Of a DNA stretch of 64,000 bases, positions 40,185 to 49,732 are shown in pieces; positions within the stretch are counted from its first letter, which is position 1, and the number at the start of each line of letters is the position of its first letter. Under the pieces are notes generated by a model. The model saw only the letters and a program-made list of their open reading frames with translations, was not told where the DNA came from and searched no databases. This DNA is from Nostoc sp. DedSLP01 (GTDB lineage Bacteria; Cyanobacteriota; Cyanobacteriia; Cyanobacteriales; Nostocaceae). The position numbers were made by a program, and so were the translations under genes. The stretch is from NCBI GenBank assembly GCA_034530875.2, contig JAVRCJ020000024.1:1-64000 (forward strand), read 5' to 3'.

Positions 40185-40991
40185 TTATTCTTGTGGAGTT
40201 ATTTTGAACGAGAAATAAGCCATTATTTTGTCTAGAATTATGCCAACTCCGCCCAAGTAAATAATTGCCAAGATGATTTCACTAATATCTGAGTTGTTGT
40301 ATGCATTGACGATAAAAAAGCCTATGCCGTCGTCAGAGAGCAACATCTCGGCTGCAACAACGGCTAACCAAGATAGACCAAGTGCAATCCTTAATCCTGT
40401 AAAAATGTAGGGAAGTGTAGCAGGGAGTAAAATTTTAAAAAAGTTCTCAAAAGTTGTGAACTCTAAAATTTTGGAGACGTTGGTGTAATCTTTAGGAATC
40501 TGCTGTACGCCTAAAGCAGTATTAAGAATAATCGGCCAAATTGCTGTAATAAAAATTACAAATATAGCTGAGGGGTCGGGTTTGAGAAAAATAGCCTGAG
40601 CAAGAGGCAGCCAAGCCAGAGGTGCAACCGGACGTAACAGTTGGATAATTGGATCGATCGCTAGTCTAGTAAATTTGTTCAAGCTAATAATAAAACCAAT
40701 CAGAATACCTGCGATCGCAGCTAGAAAATACCCAAAGGTCACTCGCTGAAGGCTGGCAATCAGCAACCAAAACAATCCTTTGTTATTAGTTCCCTTGTTA
40801 AAAAAGGGATCGATAATCAACTCCCAAGTATCAGTTATAACCGTAAAAGGAGAAGGCAAGGATGTTTCAGGATTTAAGCTGAGTAAATGCCATACAATTA
40901 ACAGAATTGTAATACCAAAAGCAGAGGCAATAATTTCCTGAGATTGCTTATACAAACTATGAAAACTAGAACTTTTAATATTTATCAACAT
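40185..40991 (-). CDS. Nitrate/bicarbonate-type ABC permease (NrtB-like)
   Basis: LRPVAPLAWLP, IWPIILNT and FTGLRIALGLSWLAVVAAEM. Confidence 0.92.
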   Translation of the reverse strand: MLINIKSSSFHSLYKQSQEIIASAFGITILLIVWHLLSLNPETSLPSPFTVITDTWELIIDPFFNKGTNNKGLFWLLIASLQRVTFGYFLAAIAGILIGFIISLNKFTRLAIDPIIQLLRPVAPLAWLPLAQAIFLKPDPSAIFVIFITAIWPIILNTALGVQQIPKDYTNVSKILEFTTFENFFKILLPATLPYIFTGLRIALGLSWLAVVAAEMLLSDDGIGFFIVNAYNNSDISEIILAIIYLGGVGIILDKIMAYFSFKITPQE

Positions 40992-41073
40992 TGAGTAAAA
41001 TCCTCAAATATAGTAATCCAATTTCATTCGGAGAATCACTTTAGAGAAAGACAACAGGAAATAAGAAAAGGGG

Positions 41074-41089
41074 TGTATTTAACTTTACA
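41074..41089. promoter_or_regulatory. Possible NtcA box
   Basis: TGTA-TTTAACTT-TACA (GTA-N8-TAC) about 85 bp upstream of the permease. It lies in a MITE-like remnant and has no -10 at the canonical spacing. Confidence 0.3.
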
Positions 41090-41144
41090 AAAATTAAGTA
41101 ATATCAAGTTCGGATGATTAGTTATAATTGCAGTCCTCGCATTA

Positions 41145-41198
41145 CCCCTCCCCAACCCTCCCCTTGGCAAGGGGAGGGTGCCGTAAGGCGGGTGGGGT
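41145..41198. repeat. REP-like GC-rich stem-loop
   Basis: CCCCTCCCCAACCCTCCCCTTGGCAAGGGGAGGGTGCCGTAAGGCGGGTGGGG, the same family as 11620-11680. Confidence 0.7.
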
Positions 41199-41442
41199 GT
41201 TTTAGAATTGACAGCAGATTGAAAGTAAGTGAGGTACAGCAGGACTGATTCATCAAAGATAAAGAGTTTCTTTCTAACTCCTACCTCCTCCTGCCTCCTG
41301 CCCTCTGCCTCCTGCCTTCGTTATCCTTTCCAAACCATGTCTTAATTACGAATTACGAATTGGTATAATTGCACCAAGATGCAAACTATTTAGAGATAAT
41401 TCATAGAAAAACTAAACTCTGCAAAGAAAAATGCAATAGGCT

Positions 41443-42717
41443 TCAATCCTCTTCCCTCCTGCCTCCTGCCCCCTGCCCCCTGCCTTCCATAACACCAGAT
41501 TGCCGAACCAGAAATTCCCGAATAGCTGGGTCTTCTGCCAAACCGATCGCCCTTGTATAAGCCTGTTTAGCTTCTGGCTCCTTACCTAAATGCTTGAGCA
41601 GGTGAGCTTTGAGCGCCCAATATGGCTGATAACTTTTGATAGATTCGGCTGGCAGTGCTTCTAAGTGCGCTAAACCTTCTTCTAAACCTTTAGCTTCTGC
41701 GATCGCTGCGGCGTGTCCAACTAAAGCGCCCAGCGTCGGGGAAAACTGAATCAGTCCTTCATACAGCAGTGCTAAAGTCTGCCAATCTGTGCGCCCAGTC
41801 ACTCGACGCTGAGCGTGTGTGGATTGAATAGCAGCTTCCAACTGAAATTTTCCCAGTTTTTTAAATGTTGCTGCTTGGGTAAGTTCGCGTTCCGCCTCGT
41901 TTAACATTGGCTGCGACCAAAGCGTAACGTCTTGCTCCAAAAGCGGAACGTAAGCACCAGTTGTTGTCCGACGAGCATCGCGGCGCGCTTCGCAATGCAA
42001 CATCAGCGCTAACAGCCCCCGTGCCTCAGGTTCTTCTGGCAATAGCTGTACGCACAGACGCGCCAACCAGATTGCTTCTTCCGTTAAACCTTTACGCCGT
42101 GGATCTACCCCGGTCAAGTTCTCCCAGCCATTACTGTAAGCAGCATAAATGGCTTCTAGTACAGCATCCAACCGCGCCCGCAGGTCTTTAGCTTCTGGCA
42201 ACTCAAAAGCGATACCAGCATCTCGAATCTTAGCCTTAGCACGGACAAGCCGTTGACTCATAGTTGCTGGGGCGATGAGAAAAGCTGAGGCAATTTCCGC
42301 AGCATTCAGCCCCAGTACTGTTTGTAGCATCAGAGGAGTGCGGATACCTGCATCGATCGCTGGGTGAGCACAGATAAACAAAAGTTTCAGGCGATCGTCT
42401 GCAAACTCAACCTCAAAAGATGTCTCCTCTTGCACGTTGTTAGCTATCAGCTTCAAGGCATTAGCTGCTGAGGCTTTCACCTTAGCGTGTCGGGCATCAT
42501 CGATCAGGCGACGCCGCGCAGTCACCAACAGCCAAGCTTCTGGATTTTCAGGGACACCTTTTTCCGGCCAAGTCTTCAAAGCAGCAAGGAATGCATCGCC
42601 AAGCACATCTTCCGCAGCAGCGACATCATGCGTGCGAACTGCTAGATAAGCAACTAATCGTCCGTAGGAATTACGTGCTGCGAGTTCCGCGGCTCGGCGT
42701 GCATTCTGAGTAGTCAT
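41443..42717 (-). CDS. ECF42-type RNA polymerase sigma factor with DUF6596/TPR extension
   Basis: AAAEDVLGDAF, NPEAWLLVTARRRLID, DDRLKLLFICAHPA, MSQRLVRAK and a TPR-like C-terminus. Coupled to a DGPF gene. Confidence 0.92.
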   Translation of the reverse strand: MTTQNARRAAELAARNSYGRLVAYLAVRTHDVAAAEDVLGDAFLAALKTWPEKGVPENPEAWLLVTARRRLIDDARHAKVKASAANALKLIANNVQEETSFEVEFADDRLKLLFICAHPAIDAGIRTPLMLQTVLGLNAAEIASAFLIAPATMSQRLVRAKAKIRDAGIAFELPEAKDLRARLDAVLEAIYAAYSNGWENLTGVDPRRKGLTEEAIWLARLCVQLLPEEPEARGLLALMLHCEARRDARRTTTGAYVPLLEQDVTLWSQPMLNEAERELTQAATFKKLGKFQLEAAIQSTHAQRRVTGRTDWQTLALLYEGLIQFSPTLGALVGHAAAIAEAKGLEEGLAHLEALPAESIKSYQPYWALKAHLLKHLGKEPEAKQAYTRAIGLAEDPAIREFLVRQSGVMEGRGQGAGGRREED

Positions 42718-43076
42718 TAGCCCTGAGTCATTGGTATGAAAGGTCTAACTTCAACTGCACCGTCAGCTGCTGCTGGGCAACGAGCCGCCCAATCCAAAGC
42801 CGCATCTAAATCTGGTACATCGATGAGGAAGAAACCACCGAGTTGTTCTTTGGTTTCAGCGTAGGGGCCGTCTTGGACTTGGCGTTGCCCGTCGCGCAAT
42901 CTGACTGTTGTTCCAGCATGAGGCTGATAAAGTGCTGCACCACCAGCAATTGCACCAGCTTCCGCCAAAGCTTGTGAGTAAGCGCTGAAAGCACCCCAGT
43001 AAGCATCCTTGTGCTGTTCATCTGTGCGATTGTTGAAGTTGTTTTCGCTTTCGTAAACTAGGATTGCGTACTGCAT
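42717..43076 (-). CDS. YciI/DGPF-family protein, copy 2
   Basis: DGPYAETKEQLGGFF...VEVRP. The stop overlaps the sigma factor ATG. Confidence 0.92.
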   Translation of the reverse strand: MQYAILVYESENNFNNRTDEQHKDAYWGAFSAYSQALAEAGAIAGGAALYQPHAGTTVRLRDGQRQVQDGPYAETKEQLGGFFLIDVPDLDAALDWAARCPAAADGAVEVRPFIPMTQG

Positions 43077-43135
43077 GTTAGTTCCTTATGTTGTGAGTTG
43101 ATTTCGAGCTTGGTTTTTGGCGCTCTTATTTATAT

Positions 43136-43162
43136 GACGTGCGACTTATGAGCATTTCGACA
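43136..43162 (-). promoter_or_regulatory. ECF42-type promoter
   Basis: TGTCGA-N17-CGTC on the minus strand upstream of YciI copy 2. Confidence 0.7.
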
Positions 43163-43184
43163 TAAACCGCAAACTCTTTTTCTT

Positions 43185-43295
43185 GAACATCACCAGGAAT
43201 GCATCGCCGAGTAAATCTTTCGTGGCAGTGACATTATATCTGCAAACCAGCAGGTTGAAAAGTTTTGCGGCTCGGCGTTCATTCTGGGTAGTCAT
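43185..43295 (-). pseudogene. Decayed 5' remnant of the ECF42 sigma gene
   Basis: ATGACTACCCAGAATGAACGCCGAGCCGC...CTCGGCGATGCATTCCT parallels the start of the 42717 gene, with a deletion and substitutions. Confidence 0.75.
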
Positions 43296-43654
43296 TAGCC
43301 TTGAGCCATTGGGATGAAAGGTCTAACTTCAACTGCACCGTCAGCTGCTGCTGGGCAACGAGCCGCCCAATCCAAAGCCGCATCTAAATCTGGTACATCG
43401 ATGAGGAAGAAACCGCCGAGTTGTTCTTTGGTCTCAGCGTAGGGGCCGTCTTGAACTTGGCGTTGCCCATCGCGCAATCTGACTGTTGTTCCAGCATGAG
43501 GCTGATAAAGTGCTGCACCACCAGCAATTGCACCAGCTTCCGCCAAAGCTTGTGAGTAGGCGCTGAAAGCACCCCAGTAAGCATCCTTGTGCTGTTCATC
43601 TGTGCGATTGTTGAAGTTGGTTTCGCTTTCGTAAACTAGGATTGCGTACTGCAT
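43295..43654 (-). CDS. YciI/DGPF-family protein, copy 1
   Basis: Differs from copy 2 at two residues. Confidence 0.92.
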   Translation of the reverse strand: MQYAILVYESETNFNNRTDEQHKDAYWGAFSAYSQALAEAGAIAGGAALYQPHAGTTVRLRDGQRQVQDGPYAETKEQLGGFFLIDVPDLDAALDWAARCPAAADGAVEVRPFIPMAQG

Positions 43655-43714
43655 GTTAGTTCCTTATGTTGTGAGTTGATTTCGAGCTTGGTTTTTTTGC
43701 GCTCTTATTTATAT

Positions 43715-43741
43715 GACGTGCGACTTATGGATATTTCGACA
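43715..43741 (-). promoter_or_regulatory. ECF42-type promoter
   Basis: TGTCGA-N17-CGTC on the minus strand upstream of YciI copy 1. Confidence 0.7.
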
Positions 43742-43772
43742 GAAATCGGAAAATTTTTTTCGCGGACATCAA

Positions 43773-44345
43773 CTATTCAGTAGGCTTCATTATCCAACCT
43801 ATAAGAATAGCGATCGCTGAACCCAAAATCATAGCTGGTTCGGGAACAGCTTTAACTATTGTGCCTGGCCCAGAAATTCTATTCTCGAAGATTCCTTGGC
43901 TTGAATCAGAATATCCTGTTGTAACCAAGAAGTAGTTTTTATCTGTACTCAAAGATACATTTTTGAAACCAGAAAGACCTTTTTTAGGAAAGCCGTCATT
44001 ACCGATAACAGCATTTAGCAATGGTTGGTTTGGGTTAAAGTTATCTGAGTACAAAAATAAGTAGTTGTCCCATTCTTTTGGGGTTGTAGCAATACTTAGA
44101 AAATCATACAAACCTTCAGTTTCAACTTTAAACCCGAATGTATTGTAACTAGTAACTGTACCGATACCTGAAGGTAAAGTAGGAATGTTTGCATTCTGTG
44201 CAACAAAGGGACGAGTCCATGTTGATTCTCCTATGGTAGTGCCTGTATAAGTAAAATCGAAAGCTTGTGCGGGTTTAACGTTAATAACAGCAACAGATAA
44301 TGTCAAACCAGCGGTAGTAATGCCTAACTTTTTCGTGAATTCCAT
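43773..44345 (-). CDS. PEP-CTERM sorting-domain protein
   Basis: Signal peptide (KPAQA) and C-terminal VPEP plus a hydrophobic helix. Start is 44345 or 44360. Confidence 0.8.
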   Translation of the reverse strand: MEFTKKLGITTAGLTLSVAVINVKPAQAFDFTYTGTTIGESTWTRPFVAQNANIPTLPSGIGTVTSYNTFGFKVETEGLYDFLSIATTPKEWDNYLFLYSDNFNPNQPLLNAVIGNDGFPKKGLSGFKNVSLSTDKNYFLVTTGYSDSSQGIFENRISGPGTIVKAVPEPAMILGSAIAILIGWIMKPTE

Positions 44346-44379
44346 CGGATAATTCTCCAAACGGATAGTAGGAAACTAT

Positions 44380-45438
44380 CTACACGCGCAAAATGAAAAT
44401 CGAACTAGTCATTAATAGGCAGTACCAGCCAGTAAAGAGTAAATAAGTTTTATGGTCTGCTGCATAAGAACGCAACACTACTAATCGTAAAGCGATAATA
44501 CAGCTAAAGAAGAAAAGTACAATATCCCACAGCATAACTACTAAGCTATTGCCTGCTGGCATCATCAAACACCAATGGATTAAAACTGGGAATATCAAAA
44601 AGCAAAGGCTCACAAAAATTCGACTAAAATTCTCTCCGAATACCAGAGGAAATGTATTGCGACCAATTGCTTTATCGCCTGGAATATCACGAAAATCTTG
44701 AACAGATATCAGTATTATACACGCAGTACATAATATTATTAACCATGACCAAACAACAGGAGAAATTGGCGCTACCATTTGCCAAGCTGCTCCCATCTCA
44801 GACATAATACCAAATCCACTAAGAATATTTTTTGCCATCCAATTTTTTGCACCGCCTAAATTATTATGAATAATAAAATTGAACTGCCATAAAATTGCCC
44901 ATTCAAGTACTCCCAACCACCAAGCTACTGCTGTAAGCAGCATCATAAATACATACCCACGAATTTCAGCATCCTGATAGGAAATGATTCCTTGCGCCAG
45001 CGGCCGGTCTGGCTTGTTGATTTTGTCTTCTTCGATATCACTGAGTTGGTTGGATATACAAAATGAAGTAATACACAACCAAAAATATATTAAACTACTA
45101 GCTAATATTGATATTCCATCAATCAATGAGATGGGAGGATGATTCACTAAAGCAGTTGTAGTGAATAACAACCCAGGCACTATTGACATTGTAATATCGC
45201 GGCGAATAAATAGCCAGTTTATTTTTAGTTCTTCAGCAGTATTTATGAAGACTAATTTTGGCAAAAGAAGAATTAGGTTGCTGATGGCGATCGCACTTTG
45301 AAAAATATTAAATGAAAATCTTCCTGGAGTCTCTTCTTGTAATTTTTCTAAATCTAAGCGAACGATATTAATCTGCTGTTTAGCCTCGTTATGCGGAGAT
45401 ATAGCTTCAACAGCCTTATTCAGAGTTTGATCGGCCAT
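44380..45438 (-). CDS. UbiA-superfamily prenyltransferase / possible UbiA-type terpene cyclase
   Basis: Multi-pass membrane protein with NQLSDIEEDKINKPDRP and QDFRDIPGD..IGRNT motifs. Confidence 0.85.
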   Translation of the reverse strand: MADQTLNKAVEAISPHNEAKQQINIVRLDLEKLQEETPGRFSFNIFQSAIAISNLILLLPKLVFINTAEELKINWLFIRRDITMSIVPGLLFTTTALVNHPPISLIDGISILASSLIYFWLCITSFCISNQLSDIEEDKINKPDRPLAQGIISYQDAEIRGYVFMMLLTAVAWWLGVLEWAILWQFNFIIHNNLGGAKNWMAKNILSGFGIMSEMGAAWQMVAPISPVVWSWLIILCTACIILISVQDFRDIPGDKAIGRNTFPLVFGENFSRIFVSLCFLIFPVLIHWCLMMPAGNSLVVMLWDIVLFFFSCIIALRLVVLRSYAADHKTYLLFTGWYCLLMTSSIFILRV

Positions 45439-45689
45439 ATTTTCCTCTAGCAAGTGGATAAAATCAATGAACGCAGCAAATAATAAAACTGCTAATTACG
45501 TCAGCCCCAATATTGATGTATGCAAAACTAAGAGATTAATTTTTCTGTTATAAATTGCGATTGTATAAATACTTCCGCAATTATTAACTACCGAAAAACA
45601 GTAAAGGTGAATAATAATTTACTCAAGTTTCAAACTGATTTTGCATCTTCTCATCAGATGAGAGCAGTTGCTAGTTTTGCAACATTCAA

Positions 45690-45761
45690 TAGACCTCTTG
45701 CATAAATATCGTTTTTCCTACAAAAGTTATTTATGAAAGTTATTTTTGTGCAAGAGGTCTA
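45690..45761. mobile_element. Short MITE with perfect 13-bp terminal inverted repeats
   Basis: TAGACCTCTTGCA / TGCAAGAGGTCTA. Confidence 0.75.
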
Positions 45762-45799
45762 CTCTTTGAGGAAATCTCGTTGTGAATTTACTCTTGTTA

Positions 45800-47350
45800 C
45801 TACCACTTAATCCTATGGGACAAGAATTTATCCATGCATCGTTCTGCTAAAGCTGCGATGGTTAGGGAAGGATTAGCACCTGCTGAACCTGGAATCAGAG
45901 AACCATCAACAACAAATAAATTAGGATAACCATAAACCTGGCCGTAGGTATTGCAGACTTTTTCCATAACTGCACCACCAAGGGGGTGCGTTGTGCCATT
46001 AGCATCAGGCGGCCCTGCAACGGTATTATCGTTGGCTTTGTTAATGAGTTGATATGTATGCTGCAATGCTTGAGAATTTTTCTGGTTGTTAGGTGAGTTT
46101 GTAGGCCAGAACAAATCAGCTGACTGGGTAGAAGTATTGTAGGTGAGATAGCCCTCTGGTTTAGCGATCGCCTGACCAAGGGTAGCAATTACACCATCTT
46201 GTAAATTAGGCAGAGGAGTCTGTTCGATAATCACCGGGGCAATAGGATTATCGAAGTGTTCGATGACTGATGTAGCTGGGCCACCTTTTGTAGGATTAGT
46301 TGGATATTTGTTGATAATGGCGCTGAGTGCATCACCGTTAGTTCCCCAAAACTTTCCTACATACTTATTCAAGCAGCGTAATGTGCCATGAGCCTTAGCA
46401 CGCAGCAACAATTCAGTAGTTCCAATCGAACCAGCTGCTAAAAATAAATAGCGACAAATCAAAGATTTTTGTCCAATTACAGTCCCTTGCTCGTTGATGC
46501 GATTAGAAACTATTCGGAAACGTCCATTATTTAATTCCTCTATCCTAGTTACCACGTGCAGAGGTCGAATTTCGACATAACCAGTGGCTTCTGCTTTCTT
46601 GAGGTAATTTTTGTCTAAGCTATTTTTTGCACCGCTGTTCGCTCCATAAATTAATACACCATTAATAGCAGAAGCAACTTTCTTGCCTGCAATTTCCTGA
46701 CGAACGATATCCCAATCAACTGCCATTGTGTGTTTGCGGACTTTGAGACCAGCCTTAGCTCCCTGCTCTAAAAAAATCCGGCTTGCTAAATAGTAGTCAG
46801 TTTGTAAAATATCGTCTGGTATGACAGCCGACTTGATAATCGAACGCACTCGTGGGTAATAGACTTTATCTAATTCTTCGTAGCTGATACTACGTGGAAA
46901 GGCTTTATAAAAGATTTCTCGATCTGGCTGATAGGTAACAGCACTGTAAACCAGGGAACTACCTCCAACGCCAGCTCCACGAAAGGCATTAATACCATTG
47001 CCTATTTTGAGATCGAGGACGCCAGTATAGACATCGATGGGAGTGCGATCGAAAAATAGTGTAGTTGGACTGAGCCAGGTAGTACGACCGTCTGGTTTAT
47101 CAAATGTAGCGAAAGTATCGCCTGCATTAGTTATCGGCCATCTCCGCCCGCGCTCTAGTACGATTGTTTCAATTTTTGCCTGACCTAAACGCAATGATGC
47201 TACTGCTCCACCAAAACCACTCCCGATAACGATCGCCTCTACATATTCTTCACTATTAAAGGCAGAACTACGAACCGCAGATATACCTATGCTTGTAGTA
47301 GCTGCAATACTTGCCTGAAGAAAATGACGACGTTTTATCAGTCGGGACAT
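45800..47350 (-). CDS. Tat-exported GMC oxidoreductase, cholesterol-oxidase-like
   Basis: KRRHFL Tat signal, IGSGFGG, ERGRRW, GVGGSSLV, HPLGG and ANPSLTIAALAER. Confidence 0.9.
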   Translation of the reverse strand: MSRLIKRRHFLQASIAATTSIGISAVRSSAFNSEEYVEAIVIGSGFGGAVASLRLGQAKIETIVLERGRRWPITNAGDTFATFDKPDGRTTWLSPTTLFFDRTPIDVYTGVLDLKIGNGINAFRGAGVGGSSLVYSAVTYQPDREIFYKAFPRSISYEELDKVYYPRVRSIIKSAVIPDDILQTDYYLASRIFLEQGAKAGLKVRKHTMAVDWDIVRQEIAGKKVASAINGVLIYGANSGAKNSLDKNYLKKAEATGYVEIRPLHVVTRIEELNNGRFRIVSNRINEQGTVIGQKSLICRYLFLAAGSIGTTELLLRAKAHGTLRCLNKYVGKFWGTNGDALSAIINKYPTNPTKGGPATSVIEHFDNPIAPVIIEQTPLPNLQDGVIATLGQAIAKPEGYLTYNTSTQSADLFWPTNSPNNQKNSQALQHTYQLINKANDNTVAGPPDANGTTHPLGGAVMEKVCNTYGQVYGYPNLFVVDGSLIPGSAGANPSLTIAALAERCMDKFLSHRIKW

Positions 47351-47534
47351 AATTAATCTCCTACACTACCTGCTTTCGCCCAAATAAATTTACACGCTTC
47401 GCCAAACAAAGCACGGGAAGATGAAGCGAAATATTTCCTCAACACCCTGTCTGTTGGCAATTACTAAGGTTGCGATCGCCCTTTTACACCATTTTTATAT
47501 AGGTAAGGGCGTACACCTTATGCCCCTATAGCCC

Positions 47535-47660
47535 AATACGCTTGGGTTAGCCTTTTAAAATCCCCCCAACCCCCCGATAAATTGGGGGCTAACAACTCTC
47601 TGTTTCACCCCCTTTTTAAGGGGGTCGCCGCAGGCGGGGGGATCTTAACTGAACTGTACG
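47535..47660. mobile_element. MITE-like element with nested hairpins
   Basis: Ends AATACGCTTGGGTTA / TTAACTGAACTGTA, with internal CCCCCGATAAATTGGGGG and CCCCCTTTTTAAGGGGG. Confidence 0.6.
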
Positions 47661-47680
47661 TCCCTCTCAATTCGCAGTAC

Positions 47681-49732
47681 CTACACAAACAGGAAATGAC
47701 TGCTAGCTGCTAACTGTTGAGGGCCAACACCAACAACTACAGCAATTAAGTCATTGTTAGAATAAATTCCAGCTCCTTGCGGTACGCCTGTCAAATCAGC
47801 CGGAACCGGGCCGAGTCCGATAGTAACTTGGATGTCTTCAGGTAGTTGGATAAAGTCCTGATTGAGGTTGAAATCAGTAATTAGAGCATAGTCTTGATTG
47901 CCCAGCTTGTCGTAATAGACTGCACTATCTTTACCCACAGTGAATTCACCAAGGAAAAAGATATCGCTACCGCTACCGCCAGTCAAAGTATCAATCTCTG
48001 GTTTGCCTAATCCAAATTCTGGAGGGAAGGGGTTAGAGCCAAATAATCTATCGTCACCATCACCACCAGAGAGAGAGTCACTACCAAGATTGCCAATCAG
48101 AACATCATTCCCAGACTCACCAAAGAGTTTGTCATCGCCGGTATCGCCGCCGAGTCGGTCGGCTCCATCACCTCCATAGGCGATATCGTTGCCTGAACCA
48201 GCAAAAACTTTATCGTTACCAGCATCACCATAGATCAGATCTTCTTCTGAACCACCAAGGATGTTATCATTCCCATCGCCACCAAAAACAGTATCCTTAC
48301 CATTTTGAGCAGCGATGTCATCGTTACCAGTTCCACCATTAATGGAATCATTACCACCGCCAGCAAAGAAAACATCGTTGCCAGCACCACCCAAAAGGGT
48401 ATCATTTCCCTCTACACCAAAGTCGAGGTCGCCATTCAGGTCAAAGTCGCCAAAAATTAAGTCGTTACCGGCACCGGCGTCAACGTAGTCGTTTCCAGCT
48501 CCGGAGATAAAATCGTCATCGCCACTACCGCCAAAAAGTCGGTCGTCACCATCAACAGCAAATGTCGTATTATTGCCACCCCCGGTAAAAATTGTGTCAT
48601 TGCCTGGGGTACCGATGAAACCTTCGGCAGCATCAGAGCCTGTGAAAATTCCTGTCCCTGGTGTCAAGTTGGGGGTTGGATTACCAAAGACGAACTTACC
48701 GGTAGATCCTAACTGTTGGGGTGTCACGCCAACAACTATAGCAATCAGATCGTTCGTGCCATTTCTGTTAGCGTAGATAGCTGTTCCTTGCGGTAAGCCG
48801 GGAGCTGTTGGGCCTAGTCCGATGATGGTTTGGAGGCTTTCTGGTAGTTGAATGAAGTCTTCTTTGACATTAAAATCGGTAATCAAGGCATAATCTTGAT
48901 TGCCTAGTTTGTCGTAGAATACTTTGGTGTTTTGCCCGACGGTGAATTCTCCAAGAAAGAAGATATCGCTACCAGCACCACCTGTTAAAGTATCGATTTC
49001 GGGCAATTCTAATCCTAATTCTGGGGGATAAGGGTTAGAGCCAATTATCCAATCGTTGCCATTACCACCAGATACTACGTCGTTGCCAACATTGCCAATC
49101 AGCAGGTCATTGCCACCACCACCATGAAGTGTGTCGTTGCCAGTATCGCCGCCGAGTCGGTCGTTACCGTCACCACCATAGAAGAGGTCATCTCCTGGCC
49201 CGGCAAGACCTCTATCGTCTCCAGCACCAGCACGAATAGTATCGTTGCCTAAACCACCAGTCAATAAATCGTTACCGTCATTGCCTTTAATGAGATCGTT
49301 GCCGTCTTGACCAGCTATGTTGTCATCTCCGGTGCCGCCATCTAATATATCGTTGCCACCGCCACCCAAGAAAACATCATTCCCAGCGCCGCCATTTAAG
49401 GTGTCATTTCCTTCTAGGCCAAAGTCGAGGTCTCCATTGGAGTTAAAGTCTCCAAAAATCAGGTCGTTTCCATCACCTGCATTTACAAAGTCATCTCCTG
49501 CACCAGCGACTAAAACATCATTTCCAATCCCGGCTAAAAGATGGTCTTTGCCACCAAGACCGAATAAAACATTATTGCTAGTTAATGCAGAAGTGTTAAT
49601 TTTGTCATTACCTGGAGTGCCAATAAAAGCTTCACCAGTTGGTGCATAAATTGGATTTGGATTAGCTGTGAAAATTGTGCCATCAGCTGTTACTTTACCA
49701 GTGTAGGGATTTGTAGTTTTGGGCTTTGCCAT
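47681..49732 (-). CDS. RTX/hemolysin-type calcium-binding repeat protein with an internal duplication
   Basis: Many GGxGxDxLx nonapeptides. Two modules each end in EIDTLTGG..SDIFFLGEFTVG..YDKLGNQDYALITDFN. Start placed at ATG 49732. Confidence 0.9.
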   Translation of the reverse strand: MAKPKTTNPYTGKVTADGTIFTANPNPIYAPTGEAFIGTPGNDKINTSALTSNNVLFGLGGKDHLLAGIGNDVLVAGAGDDFVNAGDGNDLIFGDFNSNGDLDFGLEGNDTLNGGAGNDVFLGGGGNDILDGGTGDDNIAGQDGNDLIKGNDGNDLLTGGLGNDTIRAGAGDDRGLAGPGDDLFYGGDGNDRLGGDTGNDTLHGGGGNDLLIGNVGNDVVSGGNGNDWIIGSNPYPPELGLELPEIDTLTGGAGSDIFFLGEFTVGQNTKVFYDKLGNQDYALITDFNVKEDFIQLPESLQTIIGLGPTAPGLPQGTAIYANRNGTNDLIAIVVGVTPQQLGSTGKFVFGNPTPNLTPGTGIFTGSDAAEGFIGTPGNDTIFTGGGNNTTFAVDGDDRLFGGSGDDDFISGAGNDYVDAGAGNDLIFGDFDLNGDLDFGVEGNDTLLGGAGNDVFFAGGGNDSINGGTGNDDIAAQNGKDTVFGGDGNDNILGGSEEDLIYGDAGNDKVFAGSGNDIAYGGDGADRLGGDTGDDKLFGESGNDVLIGNLGSDSLSGGDGDDRLFGSNPFPPEFGLGKPEIDTLTGGSGSDIFFLGEFTVGKDSAVYYDKLGNQDYALITDFNLNQDFIQLPEDIQVTIGLGPVPADLTGVPQGAGIYSNNDLIAVVVGVGPQQLAASSHFLFV

